A stretch of 64,000 nt of DNA from an uncultured Alcanivorax sp. (lineage in GTDB: Bacteria; Pseudomonadota; Gammaproteobacteria; Pseudomonadales; Alcanivoracaceae). Below the pieces are notes generated by a model, which did no database searches, was not told the origin of the DNA, and worked only from the letters and a program-made list of their open reading frames with translations. Position numbers and translations under genes: made by a program. Every line of letters begins with the position of its first letter. Position 1 is the first letter of the stretch. Location of the stretch: NCBI GenBank assembly GCA_913055795.1, contig CAJXLA010000001.1, positions 9,997 through 73,996 of the forward strand. Reading direction: 5' to 3'. Shown here piece by piece: positions 36,039-45,750 of the stretch.

Positions 36039-38402
36039 CTATTCCCCGTGTTTCTCCGCCAGGTAGAACCACGTATCCATCACTGAATCCGGGTTCAGGG
36101 ATACGCTGGAAATGCCCTGGTCCATCAGCCAGCGGGCCAGTTCCGGATGGTCCGACGGACCCTGACCACAGATGCCCACATACTTGCCCGCATCGTTGCA
36201 GGCCTGGATGGCCAGGCCCAGCAGATGTTTCACGGCGGCGTCGCGCTCGTCGAAGAGGTGGCTGACAATGCCGGAATCCCGATCCAGGCCCAGCGTCAGC
36301 TGGGTCAGGTCATTGGAGCCGATGGAAAAGCCGTCAAAGTGCTGCAGAAAGTCCGACGCCAGAATGGCGTTGGTGGGCAGCTCGCACATCATGATCACAC
36401 GCAGACCATTGTCGCCGCGCTTGAGCCCGTTTTTGCCGAGCAGGTCCACCACCTGTTCGCCCTCGCCCACGGTGCGCACGAAGGGCACCATGATTTCCAC
36501 ATTGGTCAAGCCCATTTCATCGCGCACACGTTTGAGCGCGCGGCATTCCAGCTCGAAACAGTCACGGAAGTTCTCGCTGATGTAACGGCTGGCCCCCCGG
36601 AAGCCCAGCATGGGGTTTTCTTCTTCCGGCTCGTAGAGACGTCCGCCGATGAGGTTGGCGTACTCGTTGGACTTGAAGTCCGACAGCCGCACGATCACCT
36701 TCTCCGGGTGGAAAGCCGCCGCCAGGGTCGAGATCCCCTCGGCGAGCTTGTCGACATAGAAGTCCACCGGCGACTTGTAGCCGGTAATTCGCTTGTCCAC
36801 CGCCTTGCGGATGTCCTTGGGCAGCTGCTCATAGTTGATCAGCGCCTTGGGGTGAACGCCGATCATGCGGTTGATGATGAACTCCAGCCGCGCCAGACCC
36901 ACGCCCTGGTTGGGCAGATTGGCGAAGTCGAACGCACGGTCCGGGTTGCCCACATTCATCATGATCTTGAACGGCAGCGCGGGCATGGATTCGATGGAAT
37001 TGCGTTGCACGTCGAATTCCAGCTGGCCTTCGTAGATAAGACCGGTGTCGCCCTCGGCGCAGGACACGGTCACGTCCTGACCATCGTTGAGCACCTCGGT
37101 GGCGTCGCCGCAACCCACGATGGCCGGCACGCCCAGTTCGCGCGCGATAATAGCGGCGTGGCAGGTGCGTCCGCCCCGGTTGGTCACCACCGCCGAGGCG
37201 CGTTTCATGACCGGTTCCCAGTCCGGGTCCGTCATTTCGGTGACCAGAATATCGCCGGGTTCCACCTTGTCCATTTCGTTGATGTTGTTCACGACCCGCA
37301 CCTTGCCGGCGCCGATGCGCTGGCCGATGGCGCGGCCCTGCACGAGCACCTTGCCCTTCTGCTTGAGCAGGTAACGCTCCATGACCGAGGCATCGCCCTG
37401 GCTTTTCACCGTCTCCGGGCGCGCCTGAACGATATAGAGCTGACCGTCCTCGCCGTCCAGCGCCCATTCCACGTCCACGGGATGGCCGTAGTGGCGCTCA
37501 ATGGCGATGGTCTGGCGCGCCAGGTCCTGCACCTGGTCGTCGTTGATGCAAAAGCGTGTGCGCTCGGCTTCCGGCACATCCACCACTTCCACCGACTTGC
37601 CCGTCTGGGCGTCCTCGGTCTGGACCATCTTGTTGAGCTTGCTGCCCATGTTACGCCGGAGAATGGCGGGTTTTTTGTTCAGCAGCGTCTTCTTGTGCAC
37701 ATAGAACTCGTCCGGGTTCACCGAACCCTGGACCACGGTCTCACCCAGACCATAGGAGGCGGTAATGAAGACCACTTCGTCGAAGCCAGACTCGGTGTCC
37801 ATGGAGAACATCACGCCCGCGGCGCCCTTGTCGCTGCGCACCATCTGTTGTACGCCGGCGGACAGCGCCACCTGATCGTGATCAAAGCCCTGATGAACCC
37901 GGTAGCTGATGGCCCGGTCGTTGAACAGCGAGGCGAAGACTTCCTTGATGGCCTGGACCACCTGATCCACGCCGCGGATGTTGAGAAAGGTTTCCTGCTG
38001 GCCGGCAAAGGAGGCTTCGGGGAGATCCTCGGCGGTCGCCGACGAACGTACCGCCACCGCCGGCTCACCGGCCATTTGCGCGTAGCTGTCGCGGATCTGG
38101 CGGTCCAGCTCGGGCTGCAGCGGGGCCTGTTCCACCCAGCCGCGGATTTCCTCACCGGCTTGCGCCAGCGCGACCACGTCATTGACGTCCAGTTCGCCCA
38201 GCTTCCGATTGATCTTGCCGGTCAGGTCGTTGTGTTCGAGGAAATCGCGATAGGCCTGGGCCGTGGTGGCAAAGCCGCCCGGCACATTAACCCCGGCCGC
38301 GGCGAGGTTGCTGATCATTTCGCCCAGGGAGGCATTCTTGCCCCCGACTCGTTCCACGTCACCCTTGCCCAGGTCCTGAAACCAGACTACGTACTCCGCC
38401 AA
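36039..38402 (-). CDS. ppsA: Phosphoenolpyruvate synthase (pyruvate, water dikinase)
   Basis: 787 aa. N-terminus [14 protein letters not shown], phospho-His loop [18 protein letters not shown], and a C-terminal PEP-utilising TIM-barrel domain. Confidence 0.97.
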   Translation of the reverse strand: MAEYVVWFQDLGKGDVERVGGKNASLGEMISNLAAAGVNVPGGFATTAQAYRDFLEHNDLTGKINRKLGELDVNDVVALAQAGEEIRGWVEQAPLQPELDRQIRDSYAQMAGEPAVAVRSSATAEDLPEASFAGQQETFLNIRGVDQVVQAIKEVFASLFNDRAISYRVHQGFDHDQVALSAGVQQMVRSDKGAAGVMFSMDTESGFDEVVFITASYGLGETVVQGSVNPDEFYVHKKTLLNKKPAILRRNMGSKLNKMVQTEDAQTGKSVEVVDVPEAERTRFCINDDQVQDLARQTIAIERHYGHPVDVEWALDGEDGQLYIVQARPETVKSQGDASVMERYLLKQKGKVLVQGRAIGQRIGAGKVRVVNNINEMDKVEPGDILVTEMTDPDWEPVMKRASAVVTNRGGRTCHAAIIARELGVPAIVGCGDATEVLNDGQDVTVSCAEGDTGLIYEGQLEFDVQRNSIESMPALPFKIMMNVGNPDRAFDFANLPNQGVGLARLEFIINRMIGVHPKALINYEQLPKDIRKAVDKRITGYKSPVDFYVDKLAEGISTLAAAFHPEKVIVRLSDFKSNEYANLIGGRLYEPEEENPMLGFRGASRYISENFRDCFELECRALKRVRDEMGLTNVEIMVPFVRTVGEGEQVVDLLGKNGLKRGDNGLRVIMMCELPTNAILASDFLQHFDGFSIGSNDLTQLTLGLDRDSGIVSHLFDERDAAVKHLLGLAIQACNDAGKYVGICGQGPSDHPELARWLMDQGISSVSLNPDSVMDTWFYLAEKHGE

Positions 38403-38517
38403 GGTATGCTCCCTTCATTGTCCGCGATATGGGTTTCGACGGCCGGTCCCCCGACCGGGAGCCGGCAATTGTACTGAAAATGAGACGCTTTTGCTCGTCC
38501 GCCCGGGCGTATCCCCG

Positions 38518-39306
38518 TCAGGCCGCCCCGCGGGCCGCCTCGGAACGCCGGAATACCGGCCGGCCGGGCTCGGAAACCTCCGGTGCGAAAGAATAGCCCT
38601 GCTCCGCGAAACCGGTCAGATCGGCCTCGGTGCCGGGATTATTGCGGATGATCCAGGCGGCCATGAGCCCGCGCGCCTTCTTGGCGCTGAAGCTGATGAC
38701 CTTGTATTGGCCGTTCTTCTCGTCCTGGAAAACCGGTTCAATCACATCCGCGTCCAGCTCCTTCATGTTGACGGCCTTCGCGTATTCATTCGAGGCCAGA
38801 TTGACCAGAATGCCATTGCCTTCTTCACGGAGATCCTGGTTCAGCAGATCCGTAATGGTGTCGCCCCAGAAGCTGTACAGGTCCTTGCCATGGTCCGTGG
38901 GCAGCTTCGTGCTCATCTCCAGACGATAGGCCTGCATCAGATCCAGCGGCCGCAGCACCCCATAGAGCCCGGAAAGAATGCGCAACTGCTTCTGCGCGCT
39001 CTGGAGCTCCCTGCGGTCGAAGGACTCGATGCCCAGACCGGTGTAAACATCCCCTTTGAAGGCGAAAGCCGCCGGCTTGGCATTATCCTCGGTAAAGGGA
39101 CGGTGCCAGGCGGCATACCGGTCCACATTGAGATGCGCGATCTTGTCGCTCACCTTCATCAGTCGTGCGATGTCGGCGGGCGAATATTCGCGCAGGTATT
39201 CGATCAGGGCAGCACTGGCGTCCAGCAGGCGCGGCTGGGTGGCGTCCACCGCCGGCCAGGCGGATTCGTAGTCCAGTGACTTGGCAGGCGAGACAATGAT
39301 CAGCAT
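38518..39306 (-). CDS. yaaA: Peroxide stress protein YaaA (UPF0246/DUF328)
   Basis: 262 aa. MLIIVSPAKSLDYES start and FKGDVYTGL motif. Confidence 0.88.
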   Translation of the reverse strand: MLIIVSPAKSLDYESAWPAVDATQPRLLDASAALIEYLREYSPADIARLMKVSDKIAHLNVDRYAAWHRPFTEDNAKPAAFAFKGDVYTGLGIESFDRRELQSAQKQLRILSGLYGVLRPLDLMQAYRLEMSTKLPTDHGKDLYSFWGDTITDLLNQDLREEGNGILVNLASNEYAKAVNMKELDADVIEPVFQDEKNGQYKVISFSAKKARGLMAAWIIRNNPGTEADLTGFAEQGYSFAPEVSEPGRPVFRRSEAARGAA

Positions 39307-39356
39307 GATACGCCCCGGCTTGTCGCAATTTTGCGCACTATAACACTGGAGCGGGC

Positions 39357-39839
39357 ATGACGCGTATTCTCTTGCTACTGGTCGCCGGGCTGGCCATGGG
39401 CATTGTCCTGTGGAGCTCCTGGCGCGTGGATCGGCGCCTGTTCGCCGGGCTCGCCCTGGCCGCGGGGGTGGCCATGGCGGCGCTGGTGCTCGAGCTTTTC
39501 GATACGGGCGAGGACACCTGGGAACCGTTGCCCGCTGATCAGATTCGCCTCACCCTGAAGGATCACCATGTGACCGAATCCGGTGTGCGCCTGACCGGCA
39601 CTCTGGAAAACCGCGGCAACCGGCCCGTGGGCCGGGTGATGGCCCGGGTTCAGGTGGTGGAATGCCGCCAGGAGCCCCCCTGTCGGGTACTGGCGGAGGC
39701 CCCCTTCGACCTGCGGCTGCAGGTGCCGCCCCGCAAGAGCTACCCCTTTCACCACATGACCCGCATGACGGTGACCCCCGAGGTGGAAAAACGCGAATGG
39801 CGGGTCCAGGTGAAAAGCGTTTACGGGTACCGGCGCTAG
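39357..39839 (+). CDS. Hypothetical membrane protein (160 aa, two N-terminal TM helices)
   Basis: Track ORF. MTRILLLLVAGLAMGIVLWSSW and LFAGLALAAGVAMAALVLELF. The TAG stop (39837-39839) is formed at the MITE junction. Confidence 0.6.
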   Translation: MTRILLLLVAGLAMGIVLWSSWRVDRRLFAGLALAAGVAMAALVLELFDTGEDTWEPLPADQIRLTLKDHHVTESGVRLTGTLENRGNRPVGRVMARVQVVECRQEPPCRVLAEAPFDLRLQVPPRKSYPFHHMTRMTVTPEVEKREWRVQVKSVYGYRR

Positions 39840-40102
39840 TGTCCCGTCCGGGTAATTCGTTAAATTTCTGCGTGAATCTGCGCGTCCTGGACAAGGCGCC
39901 AGTCCGCCGGTGTGGTGATTCCCCATCAAGGACTGGCAGCGCAGGCCCAAGTCGCGCAGATTCTCGCCCTTCGGGAGCCCCCAAGCGCCTTGATAGCGGT
40001 GTTGCGCTGGCTTGATTGGGAACCACCCAACCTGCGCCAGCGCGCCTTGCTCTCAACGCCCTTGGGAGCTCAGAAAATTAACGAATTACCCGGACGGGAC
40101 AC
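39839..40102. mobile_element. MITE-like non-autonomous element, 264 bp, perfect 25-bp terminal inverted repeats, TA flanks
   Basis: GTGTCCCGTCCGGGTAATTCGTTAA (39839-39863) and TTAACGAATTACCCGGACGGGACAC (40078-40102) are exact reverse complements. TA is present at 39837-38 and 40103-04. The interior is an imperfect fold-back with no credible ORF. Confidence 0.8.
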
Positions 40103-40207
40103 TAAGGCTGTTGAAAAACCTGGACGTGCTCAGCGCGCAAAGGGTTTTATCAGCAGCCTGCCGGGGGCACAATGCATGGCCATCCCCACCCTGAGCCGAG
40201 GACCGGA

Positions 40208-41050
40208 ATGAGTGCGCTGATTCCCGGCAAGCCCGCCCTGATCGAACCCGGCGTGCGGCGCGTACTGGGGCTGAACCCGGGCATGATGACGGGCCCCGGC
40301 ACCAACAGCTATCTGGTGGGCGACAACGAACTCACCGTGATTGATCCGGGCCCTGCCGATCCGCGCCACGCGGACAACCTTCAAGCCGCCGCGGAGCAGC
40401 TGGGCGCGCCCATCCGGCGGGTGCTGGTGACCCATACGCATCGCGATCACTCCCCGGGTGCTTCGGTGCTGGCTGAACGCCTGGATCTGGAGCTGCTGGG
40501 GCCGGAAGTCCCGGACGACGGGCTTCAGGACGAGCACTGGCGGGCGGATCGCATTCTGGGCGACGGCGACCGGGTCAGGCTCGACGACCGGACGGTGCGG
40601 GCCATCGCCACGCCCGGTCATGTGGGCAATCACCTGTGTTTTCTGCTGGAGGACTCCGGGCTGCTGTTTACCGGGGATCACCTGATTCACGGCTCCACGG
40701 TGGTGATCGCGCCGCCATCGGGCTCCATGAAGGATTATCTGGCTTCACTGCGCCGCCTGCTGGACGAGGACATCCACTGCATGGCGCCGGGCCATGGGGA
40801 GTTGATCCAGGAACCCGAGGCGGCGTTGAACTGGACCATCGAGCACCGGCTGGAGCGCGAGCGCAAGGTGCTGGATGCGCTCCGGCAACGCCCGGACAGC
40901 GTGGCCCAGGATCTGGTGGAGCCGGTCTATGTGGATGTGCCGGACTATCTGCACGCCGTGGCCACGCTGTCGCTGGAAGCGCACCTGATCAAACTCTATG
41001 AAGAAGGCCGGGCCGAGCGCCGCGATGGTCGCTACCAGGCTCTGGAGTGA
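40208..41050 (+). CDS. MBL-fold metallo-hydrolase
   Basis: Track ORF 40172..41050, trimmed to ATG 40208 (MSALIPGKPAL) after GAGG. HTHRDHSPG (HxHxDH) motif. Confidence 0.85.
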   Translation: MSALIPGKPALIEPGVRRVLGLNPGMMTGPGTNSYLVGDNELTVIDPGPADPRHADNLQAAAEQLGAPIRRVLVTHTHRDHSPGASVLAERLDLELLGPEVPDDGLQDEHWRADRILGDGDRVRLDDRTVRAIATPGHVGNHLCFLLEDSGLLFTGDHLIHGSTVVIAPPSGSMKDYLASLRRLLDEDIHCMAPGHGELIQEPEAALNWTIEHRLERERKVLDALRQRPDSVAQDLVEPVYVDVPDYLHAVATLSLEAHLIKLYEEGRAERRDGRYQALE

Positions 41051-41063
41051 GCGGATTCATTAT

Positions 41064-41678
41064 ATGGCAGACGAATCGGCGGAATTCGAGCCCATCGAAC
41101 TCGACGGCCGCCCGCTGATCCGGCGCCTGCACCCCCTGCTGCCCGCAGACCGCGCCGACGACTATTGCCGCCGTCTGTGCGCCGAACTGCCCTGGAGCCA
41201 ACCCGCCGTGGAGGTGTACGGCCGGCACTATCCGGTGCCCCGGCTGCAGAGCTGGCACGGGGACCCAGAGGCGGAATACCGCTATTCCGGACTGACCCTG
41301 ACCCCCGAACCCTGGCACCCGCTGCTCGCGGACTTGCGCGCCCGCATCGAAGGCGTGTGCGGAACCCGATTCAACAGTGTCCTCGCCAATCTGTACCGTG
41401 ACGGTCGGGATTGCATGGGCTGGCATGCTGACGACGAGCCGGAACTGGGCCCCGAGCCTCGCGTGGCGTCGTTGTCACTGGGCGCGGAACGGGATTTCGC
41501 GCTGCGGCGCAAGGGCGACACGCGCATGGCGTTCCAGTGGCCCCTGGCGCACAACGAACTCTGGTTGATGGAACCCGGGTTGCAGCATCACTGGCAGCAC
41601 AGCCTGCCCCGGCGCAAGCGCGTGCAACGCGCGCGGCTCAACCTGACGTTCCGGTGGGTGCAGCCCCCTCCTGGTTGA
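41064..41678 (+). CDS. alkB: AlkB-like Fe(II)/2-oxoglutarate-dependent dioxygenase
   Basis: Track ORF 40998..41678, trimmed to ATG 41064 (MADESAEFEP). WHADDE (HxD), HHWQHSLP and RLNLTFR motifs. Confidence 0.8.
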   Translation: MADESAEFEPIELDGRPLIRRLHPLLPADRADDYCRRLCAELPWSQPAVEVYGRHYPVPRLQSWHGDPEAEYRYSGLTLTPEPWHPLLADLRARIEGVCGTRFNSVLANLYRDGRDCMGWHADDEPELGPEPRVASLSLGAERDFALRRKGDTRMAFQWPLAHNELWLMEPGLQHHWQHSLPRRKRVQRARLNLTFRWVQPPPG

Positions 41679-44600
41679 GTGCATCGAGCATGCGTGGATG
41701 TTCCACGCCAAAGCCCTGGACATAGTCCACACCGATTTCGCGCAGGCAGTCCCGGATGGCATCGGTTTCCACGCATTCGGCAATGGTCTGCTTGCCCATG
41801 AGATGGCCCATCTCGTTGATGGAACGCACCAGCGCCTGATCGGCCTCATCCTCCGCGATTCCCTGAATGAAGCTGCCGTCGATCTTGATGTAGTCCACGG
41901 GCAGATGCTTGAGATAACCGTAGGAAGCCAGCCCGGAACCGAAATCATCCAGGGAGAAACGGCAGCCCAGCTCCTGCAGCGCCTCGATAAAATCGGCCGC
42001 GTCTTCGAGATTGCCGATGGCGGTGGTTTCCGTCACCTCGAAGCAGACCCGGTCCCGGGGGATCGGATAGCGCTGGAACTGCTCGAAGAGAAACTCCGTC
42101 AGTCCCGGGTCATTGAGTGAGTGGCCTGACAGATTGATGGAAATGTGATCGATTTCGTTCACCAGCGCCTGGTGGGCGTGCATCCAGCGCAGCACATGCA
42201 TGACAACCCACCGGTCCACGGCATGCATGCGATTGTAGCGCTCTGCCGCCTGGACCAGCTCCACCGGAGAAATCAGCTCGCCGTCATCGCCCTGCAGCGC
42301 GATCAATACTTCATAGCCCGGTGGGTGCTCGCCCTTCTCCGTGGCCTCGATGCGCTGGCAGCGCAACCGCAGCTGGTCCTGGTCCAGCGCCTCCGTGAGG
42401 CGCGCCGCTTGCTCCATGACATCGTCGCGGTGGACCATGTTCTGGTCGTCGGGCTGATACCGGCGTACCCGGTTGCCACCCTCCTCCTTGGCCGACTGAC
42501 AGGCCGCGTTCGCCGCCTGCATCAGCTCGCCTACGGTGTCACCGACCCCCTGGCGCTCGGCCAGACCGCAGCTCAGCGTCACCGCCTGAACCGGGCCGCC
42601 GGGACTGAACCGGTGCTGCTCGATCCGTTCCTTGAGGTTTTCCACGGCTCGCTGGGCCGCTTCCGGTCGGACGCCCTCCAGCCAGATAGCAAATTCATCA
42701 CCGCCCAGCCGGGCCGTAAGCAGGCCCGGGAAGACTTCGTGAATGATCTCGGCCAGCGAGATCAGCAGATTGTCCCCCGCTTCCGTGCCGGCCGTGTTGT
42801 TGATCAACTTGAACTGATCCAGATCCAGGTGCACCAGGCTGGCGGATTCCACGCCGGCCTCCAGGCGCTGGCGTATCTGGCGTTCCAGTTCGCGCCGGTT
42901 CAACAGGCCCGTGAGTTCGTCGTGGGTGGCCTGGTGCACCATCTGGTTGTACACCCGCTGCACCATGGCCTCCAGACCCCGGTCCACGGCCGGCGCGTCC
43001 AGGCTGTCGATGGGTTCCAGACGCAGGGTGCGCAGGTAGTCGGCGAAATCGTCCAGGCTGAACTCCTGGATTTTCATCCCCTGGTGATTCACCAGGACGA
43101 AAAGCTGCTGATCCGGGGCCACCCAGGCCAGGCATACGTGCTGATCCTGGTCGTCGGCATCATGGAAAAGGAACCAGTCCCCCTCCTGGTACCGCCGAGC
43201 ACGGGCCCTCCAGCGCCGCTGGCGCTCGTCCAGCTCGCTGTCCTCGGGCATGTCATCCGTGTTGAGCATGCCCTCGGGCAATTCGGACATGGGCGGCGCG
43301 CCCTCCTGCCGACGCACCTTGACCGAGAGCAGCCGCCGCAGTTCGTTCACCAATTCCTGATTCTGCAGCTGGCTCTGGTCCACCCGGCCCAGCCCTTCCT
43401 TGATGGAGGCCAGCAGCCCGGACAGTTGCTCCTGATCCGGCATGTCCTCGGCGGAAGTCTTCATGCGGTCCAGCACGCCCAGGTATTCGTGCCAGGCTGC
43501 GCTGTCCCGGCCCTCGCGCAACAGAGTCTGGACCAGCAACTGCCGCCACCCCGCATCGATCAGGGCCAGCACCGCCCGGGGGACGATTCCGCCGCCAATG
43601 TGCCGCTCCAGGGCCTGGTCCGCCTCGCGGCGCGCTTGTACCACCTTGTGCTGGCCTTCATAGGCCTCGGTTACGCGTTGAAGATTGCGCTGCTGGAATT
43701 TTTTCTGGCTTTCACAGAGTTCATCCAGATTCTCAAGAGTATCGCTGAAGACACTGATATCCCCCGAAAAATCCTGGACAACACGATCGATGTTGCGGTC
43801 GATGGCCTCCTCGTGATCCTGCAGGCGCGCATTGCCTCGCACACCCAGCTGGGCAATCCGGTTCAGCATCTGCCGGGCGGGGTGTTCATCCTCCTGGAGC
43901 ACGGCTTCGTCCTGAAGGAGGAGACGCAGAAAGGGCACCTTGAGTCGTTTGATGGCACCGCGTACCCGATCACTCAGCGCAGCGTTGTCGGCAATGCCCT
44001 CGAAGAGGTGATGGATGATTTCCGTGGCCTGGGTCACCTCATCGTCCAGCAGCGGTGGCGACTCGCCCTCGGCCATCTCCCCGGCCACGGCTTCCTGAAC
44101 CCGTTTCTGCAGCGGCGTCTCTTCCGCGTCCGCGCTCACGTCGTGCTGCAGCCGGTCCAGTGCCTCGGACACAACTTCCGAGGGCGCCGCCACGGCGCCT
44201 TCGGCATCCGCTTCACCGGCTGTCCCCCGGACCATTGCCCCGGAGGCAGTCCGGGAGCGCTCCATAATGCGGCGTACCGTGTCATAGGCCTGATTTGCCA
44301 CCGCTTGCTGGCGCGCAAAAGAAGTCGCCGCCGACTCTCTCTTGCCTGACCCCGCGCCGCCGGAGCCGGCATCCGCCAGCGCTGGTTCGGGACCATCTCC
44401 GCTACCCGGGCTGTCCCCACCGGATTGCGGTTCCGCGGCAGGGTTCTCCGGATACCCGTTGTTCGCGGCGTCGGGTTCACCCTCGTCGCCGGAATGAACC
44501 GAGTAGTGTTCACTCAGATACCGGGCCACATCCAGATCCGGCAGGACGCCTGCTCCTGCCAACGTCCGGTTGATGCGTTCATAGATGGAGCCCAGTTCGG

Positions 44601-45558
44601 CCACGACGGTAGTCTCGAAAACCTCGAGGATGCGGCGTTCCACGGTTTTGGACAGGCCCAGCGGCTTGAGCGCCTTGCCGAAGGCGGAGCAGATCACGGC
44701 GGGATGGAGCGGATTGTGGCGCGCCGCCAGCGAGGTGTTGAGCAGATCGTCAAAACGCAGCTGCAACGGCAGCAACTGCTCGTGGAAATCGCCCTCCGCC
44801 CGGGAGGCCATGACCTTGAGGGTGAGCCAGTCCTCGAACATCTCCTTGTCCACCAGCGACAGTCGGCTTTCCTGCTGTTCCTCCAGGGAAAAATCCATCG
44901 CCTGGTCTGGCGTTGCCCCGGCAAACAGGGATTCCATGGGCTCCGTAACGGTCTGCAGGAAATGTCTGCTCAGGGTGTCTGCGGAATTTGAAAGGGTCTT
45001 GATGGCGGCGAACCACGGATGCTGCTTCTCGTTGGTTACTTCCTGATCCGCCGATTCCGTGAGCGCATCCCGGACCCGGGGAAAGAAGTTCTCCAGGCAG
45101 CGAGTCAGCGCCGCGCGCAATTCCTCGCGCACGGATTCCAGAACGGGACCCGGCGATGCCCGGCTGGATTCCCGCTCGGCGGCCGGTGCTTGCGCGCTTT
45201 CCCGGTGGGTCCGTACATGATTTTGTAGCGCCAGCAGATCCGTGGGATCGGGATCATCGAACTGCAATCCGGCGCCGCCCTCGAGGGTCCGCGCCACGCG
45301 GGCCGGCAGCGTGATCTCGCGCTGCCCCCGGCTGCCGTCCACCAGAAGGGTCAATGCCACCGCTTGCCCCGCTTCGAGAGGATAACGGGTTCCCCCGGCC
45401 TGCCCCTGGTCGACAAAGCGCACCAGAACGCCCCCGAGGCAAAAGTCCGCTATACGGCACTGGCGGTTGCCCTGTCCCGCCATAGCCAGCCTGCCGGTAA
45501 GGTTTACCGGATGGCGGATATAGGCGCGCTGATTCCTGTCGTGCATCCGTGTATTCAT
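41638..45558 (-). CDS. PilZ-like / DUF1631-like / GGDEF / EAL multidomain c-di-GMP signalling protein (1306 aa)
   Basis: N-terminus RAYIR...IADFCLGG (PilZ RxxxR and D/NxSxxG-like). A long helical middle region resembles DUF1631 as I recall it. GGDEF is intact (RLGGDEFAIW). The EAL domain has an EVL variant plus NLSG, EVTE, DDFGSG, KIDG and QGF motifs. Confidence 0.85.
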   Translation of the reverse strand: MNTRMHDRNQRAYIRHPVNLTGRLAMAGQGNRQCRIADFCLGGVLVRFVDQGQAGGTRYPLEAGQAVALTLLVDGSRGQREITLPARVARTLEGGAGLQFDDPDPTDLLALQNHVRTHRESAQAPAAERESSRASPGPVLESVREELRAALTRCLENFFPRVRDALTESADQEVTNEKQHPWFAAIKTLSNSADTLSRHFLQTVTEPMESLFAGATPDQAMDFSLEEQQESRLSLVDKEMFEDWLTLKVMASRAEGDFHEQLLPLQLRFDDLLNTSLAARHNPLHPAVICSAFGKALKPLGLSKTVERRILEVFETTVVAELGSIYERINRTLAGAGVLPDLDVARYLSEHYSVHSGDEGEPDAANNGYPENPAAEPQSGGDSPGSGDGPEPALADAGSGGAGSGKRESAATSFARQQAVANQAYDTVRRIMERSRTASGAMVRGTAGEADAEGAVAAPSEVVSEALDRLQHDVSADAEETPLQKRVQEAVAGEMAEGESPPLLDDEVTQATEIIHHLFEGIADNAALSDRVRGAIKRLKVPFLRLLLQDEAVLQEDEHPARQMLNRIAQLGVRGNARLQDHEEAIDRNIDRVVQDFSGDISVFSDTLENLDELCESQKKFQQRNLQRVTEAYEGQHKVVQARREADQALERHIGGGIVPRAVLALIDAGWRQLLVQTLLREGRDSAAWHEYLGVLDRMKTSAEDMPDQEQLSGLLASIKEGLGRVDQSQLQNQELVNELRRLLSVKVRRQEGAPPMSELPEGMLNTDDMPEDSELDERQRRWRARARRYQEGDWFLFHDADDQDQHVCLAWVAPDQQLFVLVNHQGMKIQEFSLDDFADYLRTLRLEPIDSLDAPAVDRGLEAMVQRVYNQMVHQATHDELTGLLNRRELERQIRQRLEAGVESASLVHLDLDQFKLINNTAGTEAGDNLLISLAEIIHEVFPGLLTARLGGDEFAIWLEGVRPEAAQRAVENLKERIEQHRFSPGGPVQAVTLSCGLAERQGVGDTVGELMQAANAACQSAKEEGGNRVRRYQPDDQNMVHRDDVMEQAARLTEALDQDQLRLRCQRIEATEKGEHPPGYEVLIALQGDDGELISPVELVQAAERYNRMHAVDRWVVMHVLRWMHAHQALVNEIDHISINLSGHSLNDPGLTEFLFEQFQRYPIPRDRVCFEVTETTAIGNLEDAADFIEALQELGCRFSLDDFGSGLASYGYLKHLPVDYIKIDGSFIQGIAEDEADQALVRSINEMGHLMGKQTIAECVETDAIRDCLREIGVDYVQGFGVEHPRMLDALNQEGAAPTGTSG

Positions 45559-45750
45559 TGCTGAACCGCGTCCCGGCCGTGAGCCTCCTTTGTACCTGTA
45601 CAGCCCTCCGAGAGCAAGTCATTGATCAGCGGCATCAAGGCAACTTTCCCCGCCCTGTTGTTGTCCGATACAGTCGAGAGCAACCAGGCATGGGCCGGAG
45701 CAAGGCCATGCTTTATACTGACTTTTTCTGTCCAACCAATCAGGGTGATC

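Noticed and set aside
36147-38477. 776-aa plus-strand ORF.
   Set aside because: It is antisense to ppsA, whose identity is unambiguous.
39912-40211. 99-aa and 60-aa ORFs (the latter at 40012..40194) within and across the MITE.
   Set aside because: They run through the terminal inverted repeat into the MBL-gene leader, they have no RBS, and the element is better explained as non-coding.
42145-44349. 734-aa plus-strand ORF.
   Set aside because: It is antisense to the GGDEF-EAL multidomain gene and has no motifs.
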